The notes under the pieces: generated by a model
Told to the model about the DNA's origin: nothing
Seen by the model: only the letters and a program-made list of their open reading frames with translations
Databases searched by the model: none
Translations under genes and position numbers: made by a program
In this document: one piece after another, positions 12,499 to 25,142 of the stretch
Numbering within the stretch: position 1 is the stretch's first letter
Layout: the number at the start of each line of letters is the position of its first letter
Assembly: GCF_040938485.1 (NCBI RefSeq)
Contig: NW_027271115.1
Coordinates: 3,162,001 to 3,226,000, forward strand
DNA from: Diadema antillarum
Taxonomy: Eukaryota
DNA: 64,000 bases
Reading direction: 5' to 3'

Positions 12499-15400
12499 GT
12501 GTGTGTGTGTGTGTGTGATCCCCCCCCCCCCCCCCCCCAATTACAGTGATGTGTAGGCCTACATGTTGTATGTGAAAGTTTCTCTCCAACTGGAAAAATT
12601 TGTGCTGGCTGTGTTTTTTCCTTCTAAAGCAGTGGCATTCTACAATGCAATCAACTCTGTCCATAGCCAATGAATTGTCATCAATTTCTTGTCTTCAATC
12701 ACACAGAAGCAAGCAAGGATGAATTCAGAAAAGGAATGCCCTTTTGACTTACAGAAATGCGTAGTCTAGTTGCTTGCCACAAATCTTTATTTGTAGAGCT
12801 TGAAGTGTGCCTGTGAGACCTTTGGTCATACCGGGGTCCATGTTCATACGTACCATGCTACAGAGATGACTTTCCTTGCTGAGCAAACAGTAATTACCAT
12901 TTGTATCAAAGTGTAATTTGTCAAATCTGGCATACCTGACTGGTAGAGCCCCTCCTACTGTGGTGTCTTACTAATAGTAAGATGCTTCTTGATTTACAGT
13001 GTACACTTGTATTTTTGTTTACCATTTTGATGTTACTTGTGCTTCCTGCAGTGAAGGCATTTTCCATTTTAAGCAAAGAGCAAATGCTAGATGTTAGACT
13101 TTGGAAAGATTTTAACTTTGAAATGGAAATTAATGCCATGTAAGAAACCATTTTTTTTTTTTTTTTTAAAGGGAGAATGGGGTTGTGCATTTCTTATGTT
13201 TCCTGATTTTTTGCTTGCTTTTCAAACATTTTGTGTCTGTGTTGTTTCATGGTTTATATCAGTGAATGAGGACTTGGGTCATAGGAATCATGTGACGAGG
13301 GGCTTTTCTAAGTTTGATCATGGGATTGTTGTGATGGGTCTCTGCAGAATGAACATTCCTCCCCTCATGTTTTTTTTTTTTTTATTCTGTCACTGCAGGC
13401 ATCTCGGGCAAGTCACAGGTCCTGTTTGCCCTCGTCTTCACCACCCGCTATCTGGACCTCCTCACCAGCTTCATCTCCATCTATAACACGTCCATGAAGA
13501 TCATCTACCTGATGTGTGCCTATGCCACCGTCTACATGATTTACGTCAAGTTCAAGGCGACGTACGACAGCAACCACGACACGTTCAGGATGGAATTCCT
13601 GGTGGTGCCTGTCGGTGGACTGGCATTCCTTGTCAACCACGACTTCTCCCCGCTGGAGGTAACTTTGCTGAAACTCCCCTTTGGTTGCCTGCACTGAGAG
13701 AATGATATAGTGACATAGATGTCATTCTGATTAAGAATTCGGCAGCTATGTGTGCGCGTGTACATGTAGGCTGAAGTGGAATTCATGATCCAAAGCAGAG
13801 CTGTGTCCAATCTGTTGCACTTAATTTCAGTGTATGCCTGCAGTAGGAAACGTGTGTGCAAACTGTCCAGGTATTGATTTGTGAGGAGGTAGCAAAACCA
13901 ACAGCAAAATAAGAACCAGGAAACTTGAGTTTACAAACACGGTAAAAAAAAAATGAAGTTCCTCCTTCCAGACTCATCAAATATCTTCTTCTTCTTTTTC
14001 TTTTTTTTTCCAGAAAGATGAAAGGCATGAACAATTGCATGCCGTAAACAGTACCTGTAACTTTAAGAAAAAATTTTTTTTTTTCTTACAGTGAGTGAAA
14101 ATCTGAATTAAAATCAGAATAGATGATAAAATGACATCAACCCATTTGGCAATATTTATGATCAAACCACCAATTCTCTCCACGTTACAAGTCTGTCTTC
14201 CTTTTTTGCATTTGCATTATTGGATGTAAATTTTATAACAAGTATTTCCCAGGAAAATTATGTTGGTATATTGTTTTGTGCAAATTTGCTATGTACCTGT
14301 ATACATGTTTTCCTGAATTGGGGGGGGGGGGGGGGGGGGAAGAAGAAAAGAGAAGAGGACAAGTGATTGTAAGTGATTGAATAATGCCATTTTTGGAATA
14401 CATTTGTCAAAAATATATCAAATGTCATATGAGCTTACAGTTTGTTGTATGTCATGATATAACCTTTTCTCTTTCCTGTCAGATCCTATGGACCTTCTCC
14501 ATCTACCTTGAATCGGTGGCCATCCTACCGCAGCTCTTCATGATCAGCAAGACGGGCGAGGCAGAGACCATCACCAGCCATTACCTCTTCTGCCTAGGAG
14601 CCTACCGGGCCCTGTACATCGTGAACTGGGTCTACCGCTTCTATGCTGAGGGCTTTTTCGATCTCATCGCCATCGTGGCGGGCTGCGTTCAGACAATACT
14701 TTACTGCGACTTCTTCTACCTTTACATCACTAAAGGTGAGTGTTGACGCTGTCACATGTGCAAGTCTGGGGCTGCTTTTCGGTGAATGAAAGGGGGGTGA
14801 TTGAAACTGCCACCCATCCCTATTGCTATAGCAATTGTCAATCAGCTTCCAGCACTTAGGTAATGTCCATAACATCTGCACTCAAAATGCATTGAAATTT
14901 TTAAAATTGGATATGACCAGGATTATGTGCAGAATGATGTGAGAATACCAAGGAAGCAGCATCTACCAGAAGGTTTTCAGTGGGGAGTTTTTCCTCTTTC
15001 ACTGACATGACATTAAAATGATCTGAAGACTCTTTCCACAAAATATCAAGATTGTGTGTTCTTCAACTATGCCAATTTTTCATCTTGTGTGTGGTCGACC
15101 TCGGCAAGGTTAGCTTCTTGAAACTGCCTTGATTTTGATGTTTGAATGCTGGCAGCCATGACATTTGAGATTCTCGTTAAAGCCAACGGAAAGCATATTT
15201 TTCAGAAGGGCTCAATATTCGTCTTCCACTATTTGGAATTTACTTGCAATATATTGATTTGCCAGGATGAGTTGTTTAAGATCAAAAGAGAAAAAGAATT
15301 TTGATCGTATGCATATGCTTTTTATTCATGAAGAGCCGTCCCCATTCAGTAGTGGGTAGGTGGAACACAGTGTGATGATCAATCGTGCCCTTAGCTTTTG

Positions 15401-15851
15401 TATTTTCCAACAAGCTGCATGTGAATCACTCTAGCGTGGAAGATCATCGGATACTCCTGTGGCCCAAATTGTCTATTATGGAAACTTTATCGATTACAGA
15501 AAATTGCGTACCAAGTACGATAGGGTATGTTCTGAAATCGTACATGTACAATGTAGTTGTTCCAGTGAACCTTTAGGTTTTGGTTGATATTTTACATTTT
15601 CATTGTTACATAATTTAAATCTTGTTATGGTTTCTTTGATACATTTCTTATGCCTAGGGCTACATTTTAAAGCAGAAATCAACAGTTCTGCAGGCATATG
15701 AGCAAATGAGAACTATGTATTCCCTTTAATGTCCTATTTTCTCTATATTTCCTCTTGTATACATCTCTCCCTCACTTTCTCTCACTCTCAAACTCTCCCT
15801 GTCTTTTCTCCCACAGTTATGTATGGTCAGAAGCTGTCGTTACCAGCGTAA
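9369..15851 (+). CDS. KDELR: ER lumen protein-retaining receptor (KDEL receptor), complete, 212 aa
   Basis: Exons 9369-9459 (91 nt), 13399-13658 (260), 14483-14735 (253), 15817-15851 (35); all introns GT-AG; total 639 nt. Reads [51 protein letters not shown]...[19 protein letters not shown]...[25 protein letters not shown]1/2/3 orthology cannot be assigned. Confidence 0.98.
10040..10650 (-). mobile_element. 5'-truncated L2/CR1-class LINE 3' end in KDELR intron 1
   Basis: Minus strand reads [37 protein letters not shown]...FK, typical of a LINE ORF2 C-terminus; ends in aataaa plus a (CTGAA)n tail at 10040-10060. 5' limit approximate. Confidence 0.75.
11128..11702. mobile_element. TTAA-flanked non-autonomous DNA transposon (Kolobok-like AGG ends)
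   Basis: TTAA at 11124-11127 and 11703-11706; ~100-bp TIR beginning AGGACAAGTTCACCTTCATAAAC. Confidence 0.85.
12464..12516. repeat. (GT)n microsatellite followed by poly-C
   Basis: Direct reading. Confidence 0.95.
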
Positions 15852-16855
15852 GGGTGCCACTGTCCCCGAGCTGTAGATTAAAAAGAAAATCTGGCGGAGC
15901 AGACAGCCACACCTTCCTGGGTTGCACTTGCCACATCACTCCTGATGTATGGAGGGTCTGCAGAGCCAGCATGTATAGATTACACATTTTTTTGCTTGCT
16001 TGCTATATTTTTTGTTTTGTTTTCCACATTTGAAATAATGTTCCCCCTTTTTTGGTTTCCGTACATAAAAGAATGTTGTTCTGTACTTTCTGTTGTATAG
16101 CATTTGTTTTGTGTACTTCTTCCTCAGCTTGCATCAATATGTGTTAACTGTTGAATGCACAAAGATGTTTGTTGTGAGGAAGAAAAAATTGTGAGTTTGA
16201 GAATGAGGAGACAGAAGTTTTGGTTATCCTAGGTAGGTGTAGGAAAAAAGCTTGTTATTTAAAAGTCTGCTTTTCATCATACTGTAAATGTTCATGTGTC
16301 CGTTCCATTTCCTTAGTCAGTGGAGTGAGGATGTTGTACAAATGTACATACTGGCAACAAATACTTGATGTGAAACATTTAGATCCATCTATTTTTCATC
16401 TAACGAAGACATGTGCTGTGAAGAAAAGTTCGTTTTTTCCAGGAGCAAGGATTGTTCTGGTAGCATGATGTGCATACATATATGCATTGTAGAGTTACCC
16501 ATGTCATTCGTATGTCTCTAGAGGCTTGTCAAGTAGACTGTCAGTGATAAATAGCTACAAGTCAGTTTGTAGCTAGGTTTTAGTCAGTGCTGATGCCCCA
16601 ATATTGAAGGAAACATTTTGTAAGCTGTTTCTTCAGTATATCGCAAACCATGTCTCATATTTTCGTGATTACTTTTAAACTCTTCAACAGGTAATTGACT
16701 TGGGGTTTTTTTTCACCTTCATAGTGATTTTTGTAGATAATGGTCTTTCTTGTTTCTTGTTTCTTCAATTTTGGACAGTGTAAAGCTTGAACAAACATCA
16801 GGGTATCCTCTCGATCCTGTGATGACAAAGTAGTAAGATGGAATGTTATATTCTC

Positions 16856-16861
16856 AATAAA
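16856..16861 (+). other. candidate polyadenylation signal of KDELR (another at 18237-18242)
   Basis: AATAAA hexamers about 1.0 and 2.4 kb after the KDELR stop; no transcript evidence. Confidence 0.3.
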
Positions 16862-17319
16862 AAGATAAACAGTGAATGCTTACTTTGAGATTATTTTTTA
16901 AGCAACTTGAAAATGGCGGGTTACTTGCGATGTAGGTCAGTCAAGGCTGTGATGCGAGTTCAAGTTGTGCAATTGTTAACTCCAGAGCATCAAGTCCAGT
17001 TAAGTCCATTGCTACACAACCATTGAAACTGAGATCAGTGGCACTGTTGCAAAATGTAGAATCAGGAAGAGAAGCGTATTTCCAGCTATCAAAGGTAATC
17101 CAAACACTTATTACATACATGGTATAGCACTGTATTTACAACAGTAGAGAGCTGTTACACAATACAAGACATCAGAGAAAGGAGAGGAAGTTACGCTGTG
17201 GTTCAGTTTATATATATGTAGTAGCGTGATGCAAAGGAGGAATCTTGTCAAATATATTTTGGCTGACATTGGTTGTACTAGGAAACATTTGTGATGGTAC
17301 ACATACCCACGCACACAGC

Positions 17320-17531
17320 TACTGTAAAACCAGAAATTTTCACATGCATTTTGGCTTCGCGAATTTTGCGAAAGCCAAGATTCGCAAAATTAAAATGCAT
17401 GTGTAAGTTCTTGTCTACTCTATAATGCATTGGATGCCAGTGGCAATTGGTGAAAATTTCATGCTGCGAGTAAGTCCGCCAGCATAATTCCCGAAAAATT
17501 TCATAACACAAATATTTCTTGCATTACAGCA
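17320..17531. mobile_element. MITE, TACTGTA-type termini
   Basis: tactgtaaaaccagaaatttt ... aaatatttcttgcattacagca; internal ttcgcgaa motifs similar to the 1397 element. Confidence 0.6.
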
Positions 17532-20420
17532 TAATTATGACAATCAGTGACAGTGAATCCTGCATAATTTTGACTCCTCTGGACTGAAAAATGGCCTTTG
17601 CTGTAATTGTCCCTTATGTTGAGTATTGATTCCAATTGAATTGTGCTCTCTTGTGAACCCTCAACTTGGTCAGGTTTTTGTTATTTTGTAATCTGACTTT
17701 GTCTACATTCAAAGCTCGTTTGAGTTCAAGCAATAGCCTCATTCAGGTCATCATGTTTCATCACAGCCCTGGCCAACTTTCTACAGTCATTTTTCTGAAG
17801 CAAAACATCCTCAGAATATTATTGATAAGAGTGTATATAGTTGTAGCTATTAAAGTATCAGAACCAGTATACACATAAAATGTGCAAAATGTCTCTTTTA
17901 ACCTCGCCAAACAAATCAATATGTCGTCTGTACCTTCTTTAAATATGCATTTATTTTGTATGCGTGTACTACAAGTATATTATTGCCTGAGATGACAAAT
18001 TTCAAGTTATCTCTTTTTTGTTGTTGTAATCACACAAGAAGGTTAAATGTTTGCTATTCATCTTGAGTGCCTTTCACACTCTGAATTTATTGAGGTATAG
18101 CACTTCAATTAATTTTCTCATGTCAGTTTTCCTCTTACTGAAAGTACATAATATACTGGTCTTTTTGTACTTCAAAGAAACTCAAAGCTACTGTAAGCAC
18201 AAACAAGGATAGTGAATTGCATACACGTACATGTATAATAAAATTGAAGTGTAAACCTCTTGGGAAGTTTGGCTATTGGAAAAACTTAAAATTGAGTAAT
18301 TTTCATAAGGTGATTAGAGCAGTCGCTACTGTGAAACTGCAAGTGTAGATGAGAAAGAATAAAAGGAAATGAATTCCAGCATAAAGATAAAAAGTTTTTG
18401 ATAATCTTATAGAGAGACTGTCATTTGAATATACAAGAATGATTTGTAGCATGAGATAGTGACCTATAAATGTATATTGTCTTTTGTCATTTGAACCACG
18501 CGGCTGCCGCTCGCGTCGAACATTTGACTGATGTTGTGCTCACACTCATATTGTGTATGCATTTACGAAGAAGTCATCTCATATTTATAGGTAAAGTGAT
18601 GGTGAAGTGTAGACTGCTTTGATAGCCTGTATGAATTCATGGACCATGATCAGAATTTTATTTTGAACTCCGCAAAAATGTGTTAGTAATTTTTCTGCAA
18701 GAAGTTTAACAAATGATCCATGTCAGGTAAATTGATTGTTGATATTCATATACTGTACGTATATCTTTATAATTCCTACTGATTTTTTTTTCCTGTTAAC
18801 CATCAATTTTTATATAAATTTTTACCATTCTGGAGAAGTTGAGAATATAGGTAGAATCTTGTTCCTGTATGAATGTTGCACAAGGACAAGTGTAAATATG
18901 ACACAAAGTTCCTTATGTGCATGTTTTCGGCTAGCTAGGTAGTGCCAAGTGGCGTTGCATCCAAAGTTTTCCAGCCAAAATCACCCTTTTCATGTCCACA
19001 TGATGACATGGCTGTTTTCAAGACGTATTAAAATCATGTGATGGGGAGACGTGACCTAGTTCTGACGATGGAGTTTCATTTGTTCACTTGTCTGTGTCTA
19101 TTCGTAAAGAAAGGTTCAGCATGTTGAATGCATGCCTTGAAATGAAAGCCGAGAATTTGATACCTTTATCGTGCGGTAAATGGACTTTCCTTGTCAACAC
19201 TTACATTTTGTATCATGTAGAAATTAATTGACAGTACTAGTCGGTAACTGTGGACACCTTCATCTGCCGTCCTATTACAATATACAACAATCACAAAAGA
19301 TTATGTTAAAAAGAGAAGCAGTTATTGTTCAACATAAAATATTTCCCCTTTTATTTGAACAAGGTGGAAATGACTGATGTTTTATTGGATATTTGCCTTT
19401 GGAACGCTAGTGACATCTTTTGCATCTATTCTAAGATTTATCAACAACAAAGCTGGCTTATGCATTCTCTTCAAGAAGAAAGTTATTCGTACAAGTACTT
19501 CAAAACTTATGATGCATGTGTCACAAGTACAGCAGAACACGCATTATGCATAAATTCAATATTTCTTCCTCACATTGACAATAACGTTTCCTTATTGTTC
19601 ACAAATTAAACTGTGAAATTTATACGTCATCTGTGCACTTCGAAAATGCACAATACAGTATTTACTTGTGTGTGAAAGCAGAGCGCGAGAAGTGAATACA
19701 TGTTACTGTATCAGAATATGGATATGCAATATTATAGTTCTGGAAATTCCCAGAAAATGTGAGCATCTGTCATGTGATTTCAAATCACCAACACATTCGT
19801 ACTTACATGTACTGTAGTTCATGTGAACATCTTACACGTATGTTTCGTGCAGATAGCTCACAGGGTGGCGAATTAGTAATGAAAATGTATGTGCGTCAAA
19901 CTCGTGACATTTGTAATGCTGTATGTCTTGTCGAGTTATTGAGTAGCGGATGCGTACCGCAATGATGCATGGATGGTGTAGTTGAAAGCATACAAGATAA
20001 TGCAGTGGAAACTCAGTATAACGAGATCCTTGAGACCAAGACAACATTTGTTTTTTATGTAAGATACACATATTTTGTTATATCAGTAGTCCATAAACAA
20101 TACAAAAACAAAGGACATTAATTTATTGGGACTGGAGAACTTGGTTTGTTATACATGTATCAGGTATTTTGTTCTATCAGATCTCTTTATATCAAGTTTC
20201 CACTGTATGTACCTTATCATCTCTCATGAAAAGAGGGACACTCACATTAGATAATACCTATTCTCTGAATATCCGCCGCAAAGATCCAGGCCTGGTTTCA
20301 CACTCGTGTGTGTTTGCAGGTTTTAATAACTAAGCTAGGTTGTTAGGATGTTAGCGCTGTTTTTGAATATGGAGAAACTCGTTTCATTTCATTAAATGTT
20401 GGTACATTTGCTATTCAGAA

Positions 20421-21016
20421 TTAAAGAGGAAATCCACGAAAAAAAAAATCGAGAAGGAAAAAAAATCCTCACAGAACGTCCCCCCCCCAAAAAAAAAAAA
20501 AAAATGGATAAGAAATAAGGAAGTTATGACATTTTGAAATTTCACATTTCTTCGGAAAACATTTCTTGACCAGTCCTTGTGAATATTCAAATGAGCATGT
20601 TGATGATTCCTGTGAGTTTTATTTGAAATTCTGGGGGGAAATGACATTTGTAGCTAATGCAGGTAAAAGCATTATTCCCTTACCAAAATATATCGGAGTT
20701 AACATTTGTTCTCTTTTATTGTGGGTGATTTTAAAGAAAGTTTAAATGTGTACAGCTAAAATATGAGATTGTTGTCATTTCTGTATAGGCTATATGAAAT
20801 AAATAAGAAATTGTGAGAGCATGACATCATTAGCTTGCTGATTTGAATATTCATAACAATTGGTCAAGAAGTGTTTTCCGAAAAAAAAAAGAAATTTCAA
20901 AATGTCATAACTTCTTATTTCTTAACCGATTTTGATCATTTTTGCACTATTCTGCAGGGAGTTTTTTCTCTTTCTTATGACACTGATTAAAATGTTGGAG
21001 TGGATTTCTTCTTTAA
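20421..21016. mobile_element. TTAA-flanked non-autonomous DNA transposon (family C)
   Basis: TIR ttaaagaggaaatccac / gtggatttcttctttaa with long internal inverted blocks; related copy at 61050-62060. Confidence 0.8.
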
Positions 21017-21887
21017 AGCACTTGAAAACCGCCCAGTCTTTCTGACTTATGCCCAGTCTATTTTGCTTTTCATTTTCTGCATTAGTAATTAAAAACAAAA
21101 TAAACAAATAAAACAACACAAAAATGACACATGTTCTTGATCTAAACCTCTGAGAATATTTTTACTGTCTTTGACCAGCCCCTATATGGTCGAGAGAAAG
21201 AATGAAAGAAAAAAAAAACACTTCGACACCGGGTTCGACACATCCATTCTCCTATCTTTCTATCACTGTAATGGGCTTGTGGAAGAGATGGTTATAGTGG
21301 GCAATATATGGGGAGGAAGTTACGGACGGATAGATAATAGGATACATTAATTGATGTGATGAATGAGAGGGTGAGAACGAATGAGTACAAGATGCGAGCT
21401 ATAGCCGACAGGAAGCGTTTATATGCAGGATGCGTGGCAGACTTACGTGCTGACTCGACGTAAGGTGTGAATGAATGTGTGGGCAGCACATATCAAAGAG
21501 ATTCTAAGAATCTCAGGTGGGTGTGTGTAGTTGTGTGGGAGGACCTTTGAAGTGCATATAATATAGCAGGCCTATACAGAAAATGCATTATGACACTATA
21601 TTATACGATGTGACTTTACAATGCAATATGTATGATGGTAGATTATTACTTCCACCATCTTTTCAGAGTATGATATTACAGCAGGCCACCTAAAAGTGGA
21701 CTCTTGATTGTAATATTGGTTCCCACTAATTTGCCAAGTGTAAGATGTCGGTCTCAATTTCAAATCAATTGGTTCTTATTGATTCGTTTGAAAGAGTTTC
21801 ATGGTTCACTCCCGTCGGGTCCTATATTTCATACAATATTTTGGAATATGATTACGTAAGCCATATTCGCTACTTATAAAGAGTCCA

Positions 21888-22131
21888 AGGGGCTGTTTTA
21901 TGAAGATTATAAAGTTGATTTCTATCATGAGTCTATGGCAGCCTGTTCAACTCGATTATATCTTTTGATTAAAAAAAAGACCATTTAATTGCAGCAACTT
22001 CATGCTCACACCTGGGCTCTGTTTCATAAAGAGTTAGAATTGATTATAGAGTTGATTTCTATGATGAGGCTATGGCAGCCTGTGTGTGAAGGGAATTAAA
22101 AATCGATTATATCTTTTGATAGAACAGGGCC
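21888..22131. mobile_element. two adjacent related small MITEs with GGGCC-like ends (Harbinger-like)
   Basis: Both share gttgatttctat...tatggcagcctgt...cgattatatcttttgat; second copy bounded by ctgggctctgtttcataaa / atagaacagggccc. Confidence 0.55.
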
Positions 22132-23354
22132 CCGATTGGTTCTTAACTGCCTGTCACCATGTAATTGATAGTGATTGGTTGCAACTTGCAATTATAACCC
22201 AACTGTGCTAAACTGCCCCAACCAATGTAATATAGCAAAGTTTTGTGTTTGATCGTCATTGCTTGGATTGCCCATATCCCTCTCCCCTATACCCATGCCT
22301 TTAAATCAACCTATCGCAGAACTGCCTACGCCATGCAGTCCCTTCCCTTCAATGTTTCCTTGATCTTTTAGCCATGTTATAGAGCAATGGTGTGGTCATT
22401 CAAAAAATGTATAGGCCTACGTGTCAGTTCCAAAAGTGTTTTTTGTTTGTTTGTTTGTTTGTTTGTTTGTTTGTTTTTTAATGCAATCATCATATTGGTT
22501 TGGTTTGAGCGGATAAAACCAGCTAGGCGATTTGGGATAATTGAGTTACTAGCTATATGCAACTGGTACTTCTCCGGCCCTGCATTCTTTCCCTGTACTA
22601 TGGAGCTAATTTTTCAAGAACCCCCTCCCCGCAAGTATATGCGCTTATTAAAAAACAAAAACAAACAAAAAACAAAAACAAAAATGGATTCTTCGCCTCA
22701 TCCTTTGTCCTTATTCTACACAGTAATGTAGTATAACTATGAATACATAGACTACTTTGTGCTATCATAATAATTTTTTATATGCCTTCTTCCCCTTCTG
22801 CTCGTACTTTTTGTTTTAATCATTAATTTTGATTGTCTCGTTCCTTCTGCTCTCATTGAAGTGCAATCGAGCCCTCTCGCATATAACGGATACAATTCAC
22901 TGTGTGGAGATCGAAATGCAGAACAATTCATCTTTCTTTTTATACCCTATGTATATCGTATATAATCATAATAAACACCACTTCGTGTTTTGTTTCTATA
23001 GAGCTAATATTTGGCGCTCCTTGGGAGAAACTTGGCATCACGTTATTGGCCGATATCGCGTCGGTTCGTTTTGATTGTGTGCTCATCAAACAATGAAGAT
23101 CTATGGCTTGAATAGCAGAAGGGATATAATAGTCTTTGGCCAAGGCTTTTAAGATTTTCTTGTACAAAGGGGTGCTTTTGTGATTGACTTTAAAATTTAG
23201 CCGCGATGACCATCCAGCTTTTCTGCAATTTCATTCTGATTTGTTGTTTGTTTGTTTTTTTTTTGCCACTAAAACGGAAACGCGCTTGCGTGGCATTCAA
23301 ATTTCACGACTGCTAAGTTTACATCCAATATGGTCATTCTTCTGTTTAGTTTAC

Positions 23355-23470
23355 GCTGGTTTCCTGATAAAATCAGGCCTAATTGTCCTGACTACTACAG
23401 TAATATATTTGAAACATGATATACTAGTAGTCAGGACAATAATTAGGCCTGATTTTATCAGGAAACCAGC
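23355..23470. repeat. 116-bp inverted repeat (hairpin) upstream of the saposin/KDEL gene first exon
   Basis: gctggtttcctgataaaatcaggcctaatt-gtcctgactacta ... tagtagtcaggac-aat-aattaggcctgattttatcaggaaaccagc. Confidence 0.85.
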
Positions 23471-23639
23471 TTCAACATTGCACCGGAAATGCAATACGCG
23501 CGGTTATTGCACGATTTCTCGTGGAGTATATACTATACCATGTATATGGGATTGGGTATGAGGTCCAATACGTATACGCATTTGTTATCAGTTAACTTTG
23601 CCTTGTTAGCTTTTGGGTTAACGTCTGGTAGATGGATAA

Positions 23640-23857
23640 CAAGCAAATCAATGTCGGATCGAAGTTCGTGGTCTTTTATTACATTTACCCTGAAATGACC
23701 CCAACTTGAAGAAGTTAACGATGAAAACGTACACGCCTCTTTTCCCTGTGTGGTAGCCGGCTCAGGAAAATCTCCTCCTAACTCCCTCACGGCTTAGTCA
23801 GCTTTATGATCCTCACTTCTTCTGCAATACACGTGCGTCTCTCAGGATATAAACAGG
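23640..23857 (+). other. probable non-coding first exon of the saposin/KDEL gene (5' boundary uncertain)
   Basis: Donor CAGG/gtgagt at 23857/23858. The ATG exon opens with acceptor ctttctcacgcag at 24926, only 8 nt before the ATG, so an upstream exon is implied. Confidence 0.5.
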
Positions 23858-24703
23858 GTGAGTTAAAACAATTCAGACTATGATAATTGTTGTCTGCAAG
23901 CACATTTCTCTCACCTATAAAGTTACTCAAGTTCTAGCTGTTCTATGCCGACGTTTAACTGTACGTGGTTGAGTGTATTATCTGATAAGCGAGTTCATAA
24001 CATTGCCTCAGCGAGTAGAAAGGTACCTTTGACGATTCATGGAGATAGCTCCATTGTTGGATGTGATTGTGCCCTACGGTGTTCAAAGCTGAGCAAGTCT
24101 ACTGCAACCTAATAGCAGGGCACATCCTCCCCGAACCTTGTCATGGGGTACAAGTACTAGTAATCTATCGTATACGTGTATAGTCTTTTGGAGGTCGGTC
24201 AGAGTCGGCAGTGCTAGCCCTCGCTGTGCCCTACCAGTACCAATGGTTTATGGAAATGGTGCAGAGCAAATTCTGTTGCACATAACAGTGTACATGTCAT
24301 TGTGTGCTGGGTTACAACAGGGAGGTCACCTCCCTGGTTACAACCACCTCTATACTGGGAGTAATACTAGTAATAGACGGGCATAATTCTATATGGTTGT
24401 GTTCGATCTGCGCTGCGTGGCTCTGATCTCTGTAGCGGGTGTTCAAAAAATACGTGTAAGACGGCATTGATGTTTAACCTTGCCAAGAACAAGAAAGTAT
24501 AGGAGGGCGGTGTTAGCAGTGATACAAACAGGTGGTATAAGCCCAAGATCGGGGAATAAATATATGAACGAGAAATGCTTGTAATATACTTTGCCAAGAA
24601 GGAACCAATCGCCCCCTAGCTTTCATCCAGTGAATATTTTGTACGGGCATCACGGTCGTCACTAAACTTATGTAGATGTTTACCCATAGATGCAATACAC
24701 ACT

Positions 24704-24706
<3 letters not shown>

Positions 24707-24745
<39 letters not shown>
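24707..24745. repeat. (CA)n microsatellite
   Basis: Direct reading. Confidence 0.95.
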
Positions 24746-24749
<4 letters not shown>

Positions 24750-24934
24750 TATATGCCCCTATGATATATATATATATAATTATATATATATTAGGCCTAT
24801 TAAATGTTAAAGGCTGGAAAGAAAAAAGAAATAGGTGTCAAAAATGCAGATAATTGTCCTGCATATAAAAATATGAATCTTCTTACATATTCGCGATCAT
24901 CATAATGTGCACGCTTTCTCACGCAGATCTGAAA

Positions 24935-25080
24935 ATGCAGCTCTCTTCAGTTTTGGTGTCTCATCTCCTGCTTGTTGTGAATCTACTTCATCACGCACAA
25001 GGCGAAATGAAGCCGACTAAATTTGCCAAAGGTTTGTGCTATCACATTATAATGATTATCTTGACATTATGAATGCATGA

Positions 25081-25142
<62 letters not shown>

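Noticed and set aside
21225-21270. ccgggttcga as a tRNA/SINE B-box
   Set aside because: No A-box or cloverleaf could be built around it.
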